Shown here piece by piece: positions 1-10,187 of a stretch of 64,000 nucleotides of DNA. The position numbers were made by a program, and so were the translations under genes. Position 1 is the stretch's first letter; the number at the start of each line of letters is the position of its first letter. The notes below the pieces were generated by a model. The model made no database searches and was not told where the DNA came from. It was given only the letters and a program-made list of their open reading frames with translations. The DNA comes from Fusobacteriaceae bacterium. Its GTDB lineage: Bacteria; Fusobacteriota; Fusobacteriia; Fusobacteriales; Fusobacteriaceae. Location of the stretch: NCBI GenBank assembly GCA_051659505.1, contig JBOFOQ010000013.1, positions 4,732 through 68,731 on the forward strand. Direction: 5' to 3'.

Positions 1-129
1 GTCTAATCCAAAATCTCTGAATAATGGTACTTCTCCTCTAACTGTATTTAGCAATATGTACAATTGTTTCAGTATTTCTATTTGAGGTACTTCTCTATTA
101 TCAACTATCAGATTATTTCCTCCAGTCAC
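1..129 (-). CDS. Baseplate wedge protein, GpW/gp25-like (5' part only; the gene runs off the left edge)
   Basis: Hand translation of the minus strand gives (V)TGGNNLIVDNREVPQIEILKQLYILLNTVRGEVPLFRDFGLD. The TVRGE.P.FRDFG stretch resembles the conserved N-terminal motif of GPW/gp25 baseplate proteins, and the gene follows the gpV-like gene. The start is uncertain (GTG at 129 or CTG at 111). Confidence 0.45.
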   Translation of the reverse strand, partial: MTGGNNLIVDNREVPQIEILKQLYILLNTVRGEVPLFRDFGLD

Positions 130-721
130 TTATTTTTGAAATGGTGTCTTTCACCATTTTATTTGCTGTTTTTACTACACTATCTGCCATTTTTTTTATA
201 CCCTTCTCTATTACAAATTTATCTGTTCTTGGTTTATTTATATCATATATGTATTCTTCAAATTGTAATGAACATTCTGCAACAATTGGAACTCCAGCAC
301 CATTAGTTTTAGTTATTTTATAATTAAAACTTTTTATAATGAAATGTTGGTCACCAATCTTTTGATTTCCAACTATTAATGTATAGTGCTCTCCTAATTC
401 ACACATATCCACTAATTTGTTTATACTTCTTTGGACTGGAGCTAAAGTATATATTAATTTTATATCCATATTTAATGTTTTTAACTTTCTATTTGTATAT
501 TCTGTTATTGAAGGTGAGCCTATTCTTGAATGTGATATAGTCTCATTTCCTACACTTACAGAGTAATCTTTTGGAACCAAAGTTTTGCTTTGACCCACTT
601 TGAATGTAATACTCCCAAAGCCACCAAGCCTTCCTAATGTTCCTAACACAGGAATATCATTTAAATAATCATTTAAAATACCGTCTTTTACTTCTCCAGC
701 TAAACTTTTTATTATATTCAT
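113..721 (-). CDS. Phage tail/baseplate-module protein, family not recognised
   Basis: 202-aa ORF with a 4-nt overlap to the upstream gpV-like gene, located between the spike and gp25-like genes. No diagnostic motif seen. Confidence 0.6.
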   Translation of the reverse strand: MNIIKSLAGEVKDGILNDYLNDIPVLGTLGRLGGFGSITFKVGQSKTLVPKDYSVSVGNETISHSRIGSPSITEYTNRKLKTLNMDIKLIYTLAPVQRSINKLVDMCELGEHYTLIVGNQKIGDQHFIIKSFNYKITKTNGAGVPIVAECSLQFEEYIYDINKPRTDKFVIEKGIKKMADSVVKTANKMVKDTISKISDWRK

Positions 722-1260
722 ATCTTTATAAAATCCTTAGCCTTGATAATATTTCCAGTATTCATTTCCCCAGTTTCATCAACTGAAACGCCACTTAAAG
801 TCGATAAAGCTTTGTTTAAGGTTACATTCCCTGTTATTGTTGTTTCCCCATCTAATACTATTTTCCCTGTTATTGTTGTTTCGTCTGATTCAATTTTTAT
901 TGTTTCAGACTTTATATTAATTTCTTGAGCCACAATTTCTATGACTCCAGTCTCACATATAGTTATTTTACTTTTTTGATAATTTATTATTTTCTTTCCT
1001 TTAGACAAATCACATGGATTCTCATCCGAGTATCTGCCACCTATAACAACCCCTCTCTCGTTTCCATCACTAAACATGATAACAACACAAGGTGTCCCCA
1101 CACCTGGCAACTGTGATTCTTTGTTGTTTAGTGTGATAGGAGCTACTATCTGTAAATCTCCAGTGAGGATTCCATCATCCTCATCTAATTTTACTACTGC
1201 TGTATAATTTTTTTCATTAACACTGTGAATTTCTCCAAACCCTATTTTTGATGTAACCAT
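718..1260 (-). CDS. Baseplate hub/spike protein, P2 gpV / Mu gp45-like
   Basis: 180 aa. The N-terminal OB-like segment GEIHSVNEKNYTAVVKLDEDDGILTGDLQIV...GVGTPCVVIMF...GVVIGG is typical of gpV-family proteins. It sits immediately downstream of the gpD-like gene. Confidence 0.6.
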   Translation of the reverse strand: MVTSKIGFGEIHSVNEKNYTAVVKLDEDDGILTGDLQIVAPITLNNKESQLPGVGTPCVVIMFSDGNERGVVIGGRYSDENPCDLSKGKKIINYQKSKITICETGVIEIVAQEINIKSETIKIESDETTITGKIVLDGETTITGNVTLNKALSTLSGVSVDETGEMNTGNIIKAKDFIKI

Positions 1261-1278
1261 TCTCTGCTCCTTATTAAT

Positions 1279-2430
1279 TTAGAAGTAGTAGCTTTCTACT
1301 AAATATGACTCTATTTCAAATTTAAACCCTGGTATGTTTTTTACTATTTTATTTACAAGGTATTTACCATTAAATATTCCTGCTTCAGTTAATTCAAATG
1401 TATCTCCAGAGTATATTCCCATATCTCCAATAATAGAAAATGAAATTTCTACTCTTTTTGTATTTTCTTTTTTTAGTTTTTTTCTTGCAAATTCTGCTAA
1501 ATCTCCACTTTTACTTCTTTTATTTAGTTTTAGTATTTTAGCGTATAGTTTTACCTTTTTTTTAGATGCTGCAGTTTTAGTTTCAGTTTCCCCAAAGTAT
1601 TTTCCATAAGGATTACTCGCCGTTTTTGCTTCTGTTGCTTCAAAATATTTTCCATAAGGATTAGTTGATTTTTTTTTAGTAGCACTTTTTATTTTATTTA
1701 TAGTTGTTGCTGTTACCATTACTTTTTCTGTTTTGTTTGTTTTTGGATCTATATATGTTACCTCTGCGGCATCATATATTTCTTTTGTTTTTTCTGTAAT
1801 TCTATAATCTAATTCATTTATACTTAATTTGAATTTTGGTTCTTTTTCTTCAAATTTTGTTTCATCAAATATAATAAGATTATTGAATGCAATTTTTAGA
1901 ATTGCCCCCTCGTCATTTACTATTTTTTTTAAAAAAGAGAAGTCGGTTTCTTTTTCTTGTTTTACATTTTTTAAAATAGGATCGTTATCAACCATATATT
2001 TAAACTCTAAATTATATTTATTTGCAATCTCCAATCCCAATTTTGACATGGAAATTTGAACCCAAGATTTAGAATTAGTTTGGTCTTGTGCTTCTCCCAG
2101 TGGTATAGCTAAACCTTTTATTGACACTGAATTTCTTGAAAAATCTCTAGAGTCAATATTAAATATTCCCACCGGGTATACTATTTTCCCTTCATCTTCT
2201 TTTACCCAATTTTCAGTAATTATTGAAACATCTAATTCCTCATATACATCTAATGCCCAATTGGGCTTTAAGAACCGATTAGTGTCGTTTCTTAAAGTTA
2301 AACTAACATCATCTATTTGGTCTTTAAAGTTGTCAGTTATAGTTATTTTTGAAATATACTCTTCTAAATTTTGTGTAATATCATTTCCTGCATATTTTAC
2401 GACAGCATTAACTCTTCTTGCTAAAGCCAT
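1279..2430 (-). CDS. Tail protein, P2 gpD / Mu gp44 (late control D, VgrG-N-like) family
   Basis: 383 aa. Its size and its position after the tape measure and protein X match the family. The N-terminus MALARRVNAVVKYAGNDITQNLEEYISKITITDN resembles gpD-family starts. It contains an in-frame 48-bp duplication (NPYGKYF...TE.KTA twice). Confidence 0.6.
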   Translation of the reverse strand: MALARRVNAVVKYAGNDITQNLEEYISKITITDNFKDQIDDVSLTLRNDTNRFLKPNWALDVYEELDVSIITENWVKEDEGKIVYPVGIFNIDSRDFSRNSVSIKGLAIPLGEAQDQTNSKSWVQISMSKLGLEIANKYNLEFKYMVDNDPILKNVKQEKETDFSFLKKIVNDEGAILKIAFNNLIIFDETKFEEKEPKFKLSINELDYRITEKTKEIYDAAEVTYIDPKTNKTEKVMVTATTINKIKSATKKKSTNPYGKYFEATEAKTASNPYGKYFGETETKTAASKKKVKLYAKILKLNKRSKSGDLAEFARKKLKKENTKRVEISFSIIGDMGIYSGDTFELTEAGIFNGKYLVNKIVKNIPGFKFEIESYLVESYYF

Positions 2431-2639
2431 GGTGGTAACTCCTCTTTTAATATTTTTTCAACTTTCGGTATTGTTAAATGTACTCCTGCAGGGAATAAAA
2501 CAATTTTTAAAAAATCTTTATTTGCTTCTTTTATATGATTCATTAAATACTCATCCCCATAAACTTTATAAGCTATTAAATCCCAAGTATCATTCGTTTC
2601 TGTTATATAAACGTTATAGTAGCTTTCTTTGTTTTTCAT
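2421..2639 (-). CDS. Tail protein X-like (LysM-like small tail protein)
   Basis: 72 aa, overlapping both neighbours and lying between the tape measure and gpD-like genes as in P2. The segment YITETNDTWDLIAYKVYGDEYLMNHIKEAN resembles the tail-X/LysM-like signature. Confidence 0.5.
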   Translation of the reverse strand: MKNKESYYNVYITETNDTWDLIAYKVYGDEYLMNHIKEANKDFLKIVLFPAGVHLTIPKVEKILKEELPPWL

Positions 2640-5574
2640 ACATCGCCTCTTTTAACATTTTTTCAAATTCCTCTTTCATACTTTCCATTTTTGCAGTTAA
2701 CATATCTATTACACTTGTGTCTGCATTTCCAGTTATATTTATAACAGGATTAAATACAAGCGTTGGAGAAGAGCTTTGAGTGTTGTTTACTGTGTTAGAA
2801 ACACCACTTGGTCCAGAGGATAACCTTTCTAGTAAACTACCTTTATTCTCCTCTGCCGTTAATACTCTTTCTCCTTTATGGAGTTCGGCTATGTATCCAT
2901 CGTAAGGTACATACCCTAAGCCACCTCTATGGCTTCCGTCTGGGGATTTTGCTACGGGGTCTACCGTTTCTCCCATCCCTACAATTTTTAACATCCAATT
3001 GGGCGGTGTAGGAAGTTTTATCATTTCTTTTATTTCAGTAAATTTTGTGGTTATTCCTGTAATAATTCCTGTAAAAAATTCTGTTACTCCTGTAAAGGCA
3101 CCTTTTATGCTTTCTGCTATCCCTGTAAATATTCCCACTAACCCATCTTTTAATTCTATTGCTTTTGCTTTTATTATATCCCAGTTTTGATATATTCTAA
3201 TTCCTGCTGCAATTACCATTCCTATCGGTCCTAGTATTAATATAAAAAGCTCTGGAAATTTAGTAAATACCTCTTTTGCTTTTTCATACCATCCTATAAA
3301 AGTTCCTTTTATACTATCTGCTATTCCTTTAAATGTTCCTACTAATGAATTTATTAATTCAACTGCTTTTGCTTTTATTATATCCCAGTTTTGATATATT
3401 CTAATTCCTGCTGCAATTACCATTCCTATAGGTCCTAGTATTAATATAAATAATTCGGGGAATTTAGTGAATATCTCTTTTGCTTTTTCGTACACTCCTA
3501 TAAAAAATGCTTTTACTGCATCCCAGTTTTTATAAATTATAAATGCTGCTGCTATAAGTAGTGCCCCGATCCATACAATTGGTCCGCCAAGTGCTAGCAT
3601 AGCCATTTTTATCCCGCCTAATATAGCTGGAATAATTCCTAATGTTCCCATTAAACTTGAAACTGAAGCTATTACAGTGCTTATAGTTGAGACTACAGTT
3701 ATTACCTTCCCAATTGCCATAAATGCTCCTATGAAAATTAGAATATTATCTACTCCAATTTTCCCTAGTATCTTAGTTATAAAATTTATAACAGGAGCAA
3801 AAACTTCAAGTAGTGTTGATACTACTTTTGTTGCAGTTATTACTAGTTTCATTAATCCTTTTATGAACCCTTGTAAAAAATTACCGTCACTTGGGAATAT
3901 AGATTTAATTGCTTCTAATCCAGGAGCTAAGGCTTCTTTAAAAGATTTAATGAAACTTCTTGAGGTGCTCATTACTTCCTGCCAAAATTTGTTAACTGGT
4001 TCATCCGAGAATGTTCCATTGATAACATTTGCTAGTTCAGATATATAAAGAGTAACTTTTTGAACTTGTTTTAAGACGTTTTCTGATAACATTTTTTTTC
4101 CGATAGCTATTTTCATTCCATCGATAGCCGACAAGAAAAGAATTTTAGTTCCATTAGCACCCTCAAGCATTGTATCTCTCATCTTACTAGCAGAATTAAC
4201 ACTTTCTACTGTTGTTTCTTCTATCATTTGTTCAACCGCTGCTGCTCCTTTATAAGTTACTCCATTTATTGTTTTTTGAGCAGTTAACAGTTTCCCGAAA
4301 GATAATGCACCTTGTTTTCCTAAAACATCATTTAGAAACGCTACTCTTTGTACTTTTCCCATGTTTTTCATTTTTTTTTCAAATTGTTTCACAGTTTCAG
4401 CTATTCCTACAAAATCACCTTTATCTGTTGTTACCTTAATCTTTATTCCTTTTAAAGCTTCTGATTTTGAAGCTAAATTTGTGAATACCTCATTCAATCC
4501 TCTTCCTGCTTGACCACTTTTAATTGCTTGGTCTCCCATTAATCCTAAAACTGAGGAAGTTTCTTCTAAACTAACTCCTAAAGCTCCAGCTCCCCCTGAT
4601 GCATATTTGAATGATTCTCCTAACATATCTACATCTACATTAGTTTTACTCATTGTATAAGCTAATACATCGGCAAAACGCCCTGTATCTTTAGCTGTCA
4701 TATTAAACGGGATTAAGTTATCCGTTATTATGTCTGAAACAAGTGCTAAATCTGTTCCAGATGCTGCTGCTAAGTCTAGTACTCCAGGCATACCCTGCAG
4801 TATTTCTTTTGTACTAAATCCAGCTAGAGCCATTTTTTCCATTGCCTGTGCTGATTGAATACTTGTAAAAGAGGTAGTAGCTCCAAATTTCATTGCTGCT
4901 TTTTCTAAAGTATTAAAATCTTCGGTCGAGGCATTGGAAATGGCTTGAACTCTCTTCATTTGTCCGTTAAAGTCTGAGTAAGCCTTAGCAGATTGAACTG
5001 CTCCATAACTAAGAGCTATTGTTCCTGCTACTGCTCCAACTGCTGCTACTTTTCCTACTTTTTTTACTGCTCCACCAACTGCACCGCCTACAGCAGTCTT
5101 GATTTTACTCATTCGAGAATTTACAGCTAGTTGTCTATTTAATATAATTAGACTTTTAGTATTTTTTTTATACTGCCCGTCTAATTTATCCAATGGAATT
5201 TTGAGCTTTTGAAGTTCCATTTTTGAATTTCTATAAGCATTCTTCTGGTCGCCCATTTTTTTATTTAAATTATTAACACTTTTACTTAAACTACTATATC
5301 TAGCTTCTTCTTTTTTAGTTAAGCTTAGTCCTGAGTCTTTAGCTTCTTTTAACATTCTTAACTCATTTCTATTTGCTCTGTATAAAGCTATGTTTTCTCC
5401 TAACTTTTTTTTCAAATTATTGTGATTATCTCCAGCTTTTTGTGATGCTTTTATTTCTTTTTGCTGCTTATTTAATAAGTTCATTTCTTTGGACACATTT
5501 CTTAATGAAGTTGGGAGTTGTTTATCTACTCTAGCTGATAACTTCATTACTAAATCCATGTACTTAGATGCCAT
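2614..5574 (-). CDS. Tail tape measure protein
   Basis: 986 aa with a coiled-coil N-terminus, a Gly/Ala-rich central region, hydrophobic repeats and the C-terminal motif DGSHRGGLGYVPYDGYIAELHKGERVLTAEE common in tape measure proteins. RBS AAGGAGGTGGAAA precedes the ATG. It lies downstream of the chaperone genes. Confidence 0.9.
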   Translation of the reverse strand: MASKYMDLVMKLSARVDKQLPTSLRNVSKEMNLLNKQQKEIKASQKAGDNHNNLKKKLGENIALYRANRNELRMLKEAKDSGLSLTKKEEARYSSLSKSVNNLNKKMGDQKNAYRNSKMELQKLKIPLDKLDGQYKKNTKSLIILNRQLAVNSRMSKIKTAVGGAVGGAVKKVGKVAAVGAVAGTIALSYGAVQSAKAYSDFNGQMKRVQAISNASTEDFNTLEKAAMKFGATTSFTSIQSAQAMEKMALAGFSTKEILQGMPGVLDLAAASGTDLALVSDIITDNLIPFNMTAKDTGRFADVLAYTMSKTNVDVDMLGESFKYASGGAGALGVSLEETSSVLGLMGDQAIKSGQAGRGLNEVFTNLASKSEALKGIKIKVTTDKGDFVGIAETVKQFEKKMKNMGKVQRVAFLNDVLGKQGALSFGKLLTAQKTINGVTYKGAAAVEQMIEETTVESVNSASKMRDTMLEGANGTKILFLSAIDGMKIAIGKKMLSENVLKQVQKVTLYISELANVINGTFSDEPVNKFWQEVMSTSRSFIKSFKEALAPGLEAIKSIFPSDGNFLQGFIKGLMKLVITATKVVSTLLEVFAPVINFITKILGKIGVDNILIFIGAFMAIGKVITVVSTISTVIASVSSLMGTLGIIPAILGGIKMAMLALGGPIVWIGALLIAAAFIIYKNWDAVKAFFIGVYEKAKEIFTKFPELFILILGPIGMVIAAGIRIYQNWDIIKAKAVELINSLVGTFKGIADSIKGTFIGWYEKAKEVFTKFPELFILILGPIGMVIAAGIRIYQNWDIIKAKAIELKDGLVGIFTGIAESIKGAFTGVTEFFTGIITGITTKFTEIKEMIKLPTPPNWMLKIVGMGETVDPVAKSPDGSHRGGLGYVPYDGYIAELHKGERVLTAEENKGSLLERLSSGPSGVSNTVNNTQSSSPTLVFNPVINITGNADTSVIDMLTAKMESMKEEFEKMLKEAMYEKQRKLL
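3085..3492. repeat. Tandem 204-bp (68-codon) duplication inside the tape-measure gene
   Basis: The protein segment YEKAKE(I/V)FTKFPELFILILGPIGMVIAAGIRIYQNWDIIKAKA... occurs twice back to back. The DNA string cccagttttgatatattctaattcctgctgcaattaccattcctat recurs at 3180 and 3384, an offset of 204. Confidence 0.85.
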
Positions 5575-5604
5575 TTTCCACCTCCTTATATCTTTTAATT
5601 TATT

Positions 5605-5849
<245 letters not shown>

Positions 5850-5868
<19 letters not shown>

Positions 5869-6218
5869 CCTTTCACAAAAACCATCACCTCATTAAAATC
5901 TTTTGCTTTTAAATCTAAGAAATAACTAGTTCTTTGATTCGTTATTGAAGCAGCTACTAAAGCATAATAAAAGTCGTCAAACTCCGCCATCACACCCGCC
6001 TTTCTTTTTCTTAATCTAAAATATTCATCTTTTATTCTTAATATATCTCTACCTGTAATATATCCTACATTAAAAGATATTTCATCTCCATTCGATAATG
6101 TCATTTTTGTTATTTCTTCTTCACTATTATCTTCTAAATCTTTATTTTCTGAATTTTCTAAACCTAATTTGTTTTCTGCAGCTTTTAATTCTTCCTCGTG
6201 TGTTAAATACTTTTTCAT
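5850..6218 (-). CDS. Tail assembly chaperone (0-frame, G-like product)
   Basis: 122-aa acidic protein between the tail tube and tape measure genes. It ends 12 nt after a T_TTT_TTG slippery heptamer. Confidence 0.7.
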
Positions 6219-6237
6219 TTTGTTCCTCCTAATAGTT

Positions 6238-6753
6238 TTATCTTCCTAAAATACTGTTTATAGCTCCTAAAATATTTTCTCCATCTATTACTGCTATTTG
6301 ATTAAATACATCTATTTCATAATGAACCTCTCCATCTAGTTCTAACTTGTAGTAAGTCAGAGATAGAGTTCTTTCAGGTTCTATTTTTCCACCTTTAGAT
6401 ATTTCTCCTTCTTTAGATGATTTAATTGTCCCTTTTACTGTTACCATTACTTTTTGTGTTATAGCTTCATGAGTTTGTTTATCTCTGCCTTGAATTGCAG
6501 CAGTTATCACAAGCCCTATTGATTTTCCTTTAGTTTTTAGATTGTTTTTTGCCATTCCTCTGAATTTTAAAGTAAGTGACATGGAGTTATATAACCCTAT
6601 TACTACTTCCTCAAAGTTTCCTACTCCTAACCCACTCATTTCCTCTGTTTTACTTTCTATATCTGGTAATGTTACTGTTGCTACTCCAACGAGTTCTTCT
6701 GACCCCTCGAGCTTTACAATCGCATCTACAATCGTGCTTGATACAAATGACAT
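6238..6753 (-). CDS. Tail tube protein (P2 FII / Mu gpM-like)
   Basis: 171 aa, directly downstream of the sheath gene. The segment VGVATVTLPDIESKTEEMSGLG resembles the tube-protein motif (VTLP...). Confidence 0.7.
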   Translation of the reverse strand: MSFVSSTIVDAIVKLEGSEELVGVATVTLPDIESKTEEMSGLGVGNFEEVVIGLYNSMSLTLKFRGMAKNNLKTKGKSIGLVITAAIQGRDKQTHEAITQKVMVTVKGTIKSSKEGEISKGGKIEPERTLSLTYYKLELDGEVHYEIDVFNQIAVIDGENILGAINSILGR

Positions 6754-6766
6754 ATATACCTCCTAG

Positions 6767-8191
6767 TTAATTAAAAAATCCTGTTGCATAATTAGTATCG
6801 TATTCTAAAATATATTCTAATGATTCTCCTGGCATAACTATTCCTAAGTATATGTGCCATTTAAATCTTCCATTTGTAATATCTACAAGAGGATTTTCAC
6901 TTTCTAAAAACTCTACTCTTCCTCCTAATAATTTTCCTTCTGAAGTTAAACCGTTTAAAAACATGTTTAATTTCATTTTTATATTTTCTGCTTTTGAAAA
7001 AGTCATAGGTCTATCTACATCTGCTTCTGTATTAAGCATTATAGTATTAGCTATATATTTAAACATTCTTTTAGCAGGTATAAATAGGTCTTTTGCATCT
7101 GTTATCCCACCTGGTTGTTGTGCTGAAGTTCTATTCCCCCATGCTACAGTTCCATTTGGTCTTTTTATTATTGTTACTATACCGTTTTCATTTAATAGAT
7201 TAGCTTGATTTTCATCTAAATCTAATCCTATAAATTTAGTTCCGTCGTTCCAACTTATCCCTTCAACTTTTATGTTTTTGTTTGAAGGAGATTCAAAGGG
7301 AACTCCATCATTTGTGAAGTCTGTTGCACTCATAAGTGCAGCTAAAAGAATGTCTTGAGGGATAAAATCATCTCCTATTCTTCCCATTCCATAAGTTAGG
7401 ATTTGGTCTTCATCTATGAAGTTTTTTTCTTTCTTGTATTCTATTAATTCTCCATATTTCAACTCACTTGGTAAATCTACTATTGACATTGCCCCCCACT
7501 TGCCACCAATTTTACTAGCTTTTGTATCTAGTATTGCCCTTACATCAGGTTCATGACTAAACCCTGGCACTATCACTAAGCTAGGTATCATCGAGTACTT
7601 TTGAAATATTGTTCCCAATACTTCTAGTCCTTTTGCTTCTAATGTAGCGGTATCTATTCCGCCTATAATATCTTCCTTTGTCACTTTTGTTGGGTCTAAA
7701 ACATCATATGCAATATCTAATGTTGTTATAGTTGCATCTTCAACTTCTAGAGTTAGTTTTCCATTGCTTGAAAAATAGTAATCATATCCTTCTGTTAAAA
7801 TATCTGTTCCTTTTTTTATTACTAAACTAGAAACTATAATTCCAATGTCGTCTAAAACTGTTTTTCCTTCTAATATTAAATATTCTTTTTCCAACACGGA
7901 CTTTTTATGTTTAGTTGGGTCTAATACATTTATGCAAATTACAGGTTTAACTCCAAAAAGTTGAAAGAATGTATAAAGAGCAGTTGAAATTGAATATCCT
8001 TTTATATTTCCTAACCCTCCAAATTTTTCTGTGGCTTCTGTTTCAGTCATTATTAGCTCTGCTTTGTTTATAGAAGTCATATCTCCCATATTTACAGGAG
8101 CTATTCCCACAATAACCACTGGAGATTGTGCTACATTTACCCCTTGTAACTTAGTAGGTATCTCACTGCTATATGTTCCATGTCTAAACAT
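6767..8191 (-). CDS. Contractile tail sheath protein
   Basis: 474 aa. The N-terminus MFRHGTYSSEIPTKLQGVNVAQSPVVIVGIAP matches the conserved sheath start (.HG.Y..E.PT). It is followed by the tube gene. Confidence 0.85.
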   Translation of the reverse strand: MFRHGTYSSEIPTKLQGVNVAQSPVVIVGIAPVNMGDMTSINKAELIMTETEATEKFGGLGNIKGYSISTALYTFFQLFGVKPVICINVLDPTKHKKSVLEKEYLILEGKTVLDDIGIIVSSLVIKKGTDILTEGYDYYFSSNGKLTLEVEDATITTLDIAYDVLDPTKVTKEDIIGGIDTATLEAKGLEVLGTIFQKYSMIPSLVIVPGFSHEPDVRAILDTKASKIGGKWGAMSIVDLPSELKYGELIEYKKEKNFIDEDQILTYGMGRIGDDFIPQDILLAALMSATDFTNDGVPFESPSNKNIKVEGISWNDGTKFIGLDLDENQANLLNENGIVTIIKRPNGTVAWGNRTSAQQPGGITDAKDLFIPAKRMFKYIANTIMLNTEADVDRPMTFSKAENIKMKLNMFLNGLTSEGKLLGGRVEFLESENPLVDITNGRFKWHIYLGIVMPGESLEYILEYDTNYATGFFN

Positions 8192-8510
8192 TAGTTACCT
8201 CCCTTAATTTCATAGATACTTCTTTTATTTTTTTATTTATTGGAGAATTTATCTCCTTCATTTTGTTTTTAATTGTAGAATACTTATTTATTTCTACAAA
8301 TAAATCTTTCATTCCTGTTATTTCAGTAAATAATTTTTTATATTTATCTAAATTATTCACTATTGAGTTCTTTGTTATGTTTATTTTGTGATTAGCTACT
8401 GTTTCTCCTATATAAACATAAATTTTTGTTGATTTTGTTTCTGCAACTTCTTTTTTAAATTGATTTGTTTTATTTGTTGTGGTATCTTTCTCTTCTTTAA
8501 TTTTAATCAC
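8184..8510 (-). CDS. Phage structural-module protein, unknown function
   Basis: 108-aa ORF overlapping both neighbours in the head-tail joining region. Confidence 0.55.
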   Translation of the reverse strand: MIKIKEEKDTTTNKTNQFKKEVAETKSTKIYVYIGETVANHKINITKNSIVNNLDKYKKLFTEITGMKDLFVEINKYSTIKNKMKEINSPINKKIKEVSMKLREVTNV

Positions 8511-8994
8511 CCTCCTTAAAAAATCTTGTTTCTATAACTGGGATTGATAATTTAATATCGATTTCATATAACCAGTAATCGCCACCTGAAGACTCATTAT
8601 TTATTCCGCCCTCAAAATTATCTTGTTCTAACACATATCCAGAATCTAAGTATGGATTCTCACTTAATAAATTAAGAATTTTATCTCCAAACTCTTGTAT
8701 TATTTCATATCCCTCTTTTAAATCTGCTTTTATCCCTAAAATTATTTTATACATTTGCATTCTTTCGCTAACACCGTTTTGAATGCTTTGCTTGAATTTT
8801 CCTCTTCTTAATATTAGCAGTGGGTAACTTTCAGTTTTTCCTGTTTTTAATAATTCTAAATTATTTTTTAAACTTTCCTCGGCTAAATATCCTTGAATGA
8901 AATTAATATTTTTTTCATTTATCATATAATCTTTCAAACTTTCTTTTAAAAAATTAAGTAATGACTCTTCCGCTTTAATAGTTAAATTTTTCAT
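8503..8994 (-). CDS. Phage head-tail/tail-completion module protein, unknown family
   Basis: 163-aa ORF with 4-8 nt overlaps to its neighbours. The assignment rests on position only. Confidence 0.55.
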   Translation of the reverse strand: MKNLTIKAEESLLNFLKESLKDYMINEKNINFIQGYLAEESLKNNLELLKTGKTESYPLLILRRGKFKQSIQNGVSERMQMYKIILGIKADLKEGYEIIQEFGDKILNLLSENPYLDSGYVLEQDNFEGGINNESSGGDYWLYEIDIKLSIPVIETRFFKEGD

Positions 8995-9545
8995 GATTTA
9001 TTTATTGTCTCCTCTAAAGTTTTTGAAAAGTTTTTATTAAATATTTCTTGTAAATCATCATAAAGCCCTATCCTTGATAAATTAATAGATAATGAATGAA
9101 TTGATGGAGATTTAACTTTTACTATCTCTTTACTTCCCTCTTTTCTTTTAAAAAGACCTATTTTACTTGTGTCTTTTTTGTAGAACGCCCAGAACATATT
9201 TTTAATTCCTTTAGGAGTTGTACTTCTATATACAGCTGCTTTTATATTTTCTTTAGAGGCTGATGGTTTTCTAAGGGATATATAATACTCTTCAATTGAC
9301 ATTCTTTGTTTTGACGCTGATAATGTTACTTCTCCTGTACTTCTTTTTATAAGAAGTGATTTAGGATTTAGTAACGCACCATTTATATGAAATTTCTTTT
9401 TAATTTCTCTAACATCATGTTTCCTTATTTCAGTCGCTGATCTAGATAGCGACTGTTTTATTATCTTTTCCATTATCTTCGGTGTTTCTTCAAAAAAAAG
9501 TTGCATTTTTTTTAGTTCTTTTTCAGGTATCTCAAGGTTATACAT
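8991..9545 (-). CDS. Phage head-tail/tail-completion module protein, unknown family
   Basis: 184-aa basic ORF, translationally coupled. The assignment rests on position only. Confidence 0.55.
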   Translation of the reverse strand: MYNLEIPEKELKKMQLFFEETPKIMEKIIKQSLSRSATEIRKHDVREIKKKFHINGALLNPKSLLIKRSTGEVTLSASKQRMSIEEYYISLRKPSASKENIKAAVYRSTTPKGIKNMFWAFYKKDTSKIGLFKRKEGSKEIVKVKSPSIHSLSINLSRIGLYDDLQEIFNKNFSKTLEETINKS

Positions 9546-9903
9546 CCGTTATCCTTTCAAGATGAATATCATAGTCTACATCTTTATCAATAAATTTAAT
9601 TACAGTATATTTTTTATTGTTTAATTCTAGAGTTGTTCCAGCTGATATTTCAAAATCAGCTGGAACAACCTCCACATCCTTAAATAGTTCAGATTTTTGA
9701 ATTGACAGAATTAAACCTTGTGTTATTAATCCTGTTGTTGCTTCTTTATATAAGTATTTATCATTGAAATCTATCTCTGATATGATACCAATATATTTTT
9801 CTCCATCTAAAATTATTTCTTCTGCAAATTCATTAGTGTTATAAAACACATTTTTTAAATCTTTTTGCAAAAGTTCTTTGAATGACACTTTATTTATCCT
9901 CAA
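9538..9903 (-). CDS. Putative head-tail connector/adaptor protein
   Basis: 121-aa ORF downstream of the capsid genes. The assignment rests on position only. Confidence 0.5.
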   Translation of the reverse strand: MRINKVSFKELLQKDLKNVFYNTNEFAEEIILDGEKYIGIISEIDFNDKYLYKEATTGLITQGLILSIQKSELFKDVEVVPADFEISAGTTLELNNKKYTVIKFIDKDVDYDIHLERITDV

Positions 9904-10165
9904 CTTTTTTTAATTTCTTCTCATAATCTTTGTTTTGTTTTTCTAATTCTTCTACTTTTTTTTCTAATTCCTGTATTTTATTTTTTAATTCTCTATTTTC
10001 AATTTCGCAACTTTCGAAATGGAGTTCATTTTTTGTTTTTATTATTTTGCTTTCTACTGCTGTATTAGTTTCTAGTAAAAATTTCAATTCTCTTTCTCCA
10101 TCCTTAAATTCTTCTTCATCTCCTATTTTGTATGTTTTATAATTTTTTGTAAATTTAACTCTCAT
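9890..10165 (-). CDS. Small coiled-coil phage protein
   Basis: 91 aa. The C-terminal half (ENRELKNKIQELEKKVEELEKQNKDYEKKLKK) is heptad-like. It lies just downstream of the major capsid gene. Confidence 0.5.
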   Translation of the reverse strand: MRVKFTKNYKTYKIGDEEEFKDGERELKFLLETNTAVESKIIKTKNELHFESCEIENRELKNKIQELEKKVEELEKQNKDYEKKLKKVEDK

Positions 10166-10187
10166 TATTTACCTCCTAATTTATTTA

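Noticed and set aside
1598-1663. 48-bp in-frame duplication in the gpD-like gene (NPYGKYF.(A/E)TE.KTA twice)
   Set aside because: It is real, but it is a small duplication in a linker-like, Lys-rich region. There is no evidence of functional significance.
2261-2779. Long plus-strand ORFs antisense to the phage structural and replication genes. This one is an example; others are 1334-1609, 3677-4048, 6852-7208, 10333-10746, 12320-12646, 15498-15767 and 19000-19533.
   Set aside because: They lie entirely inside better-supported minus-strand genes and lack RBSs. Their translations are low-complexity Phe/Ile/Leu/Ser-rich strings, which is typical of the antisense frames of AT-rich coding DNA.
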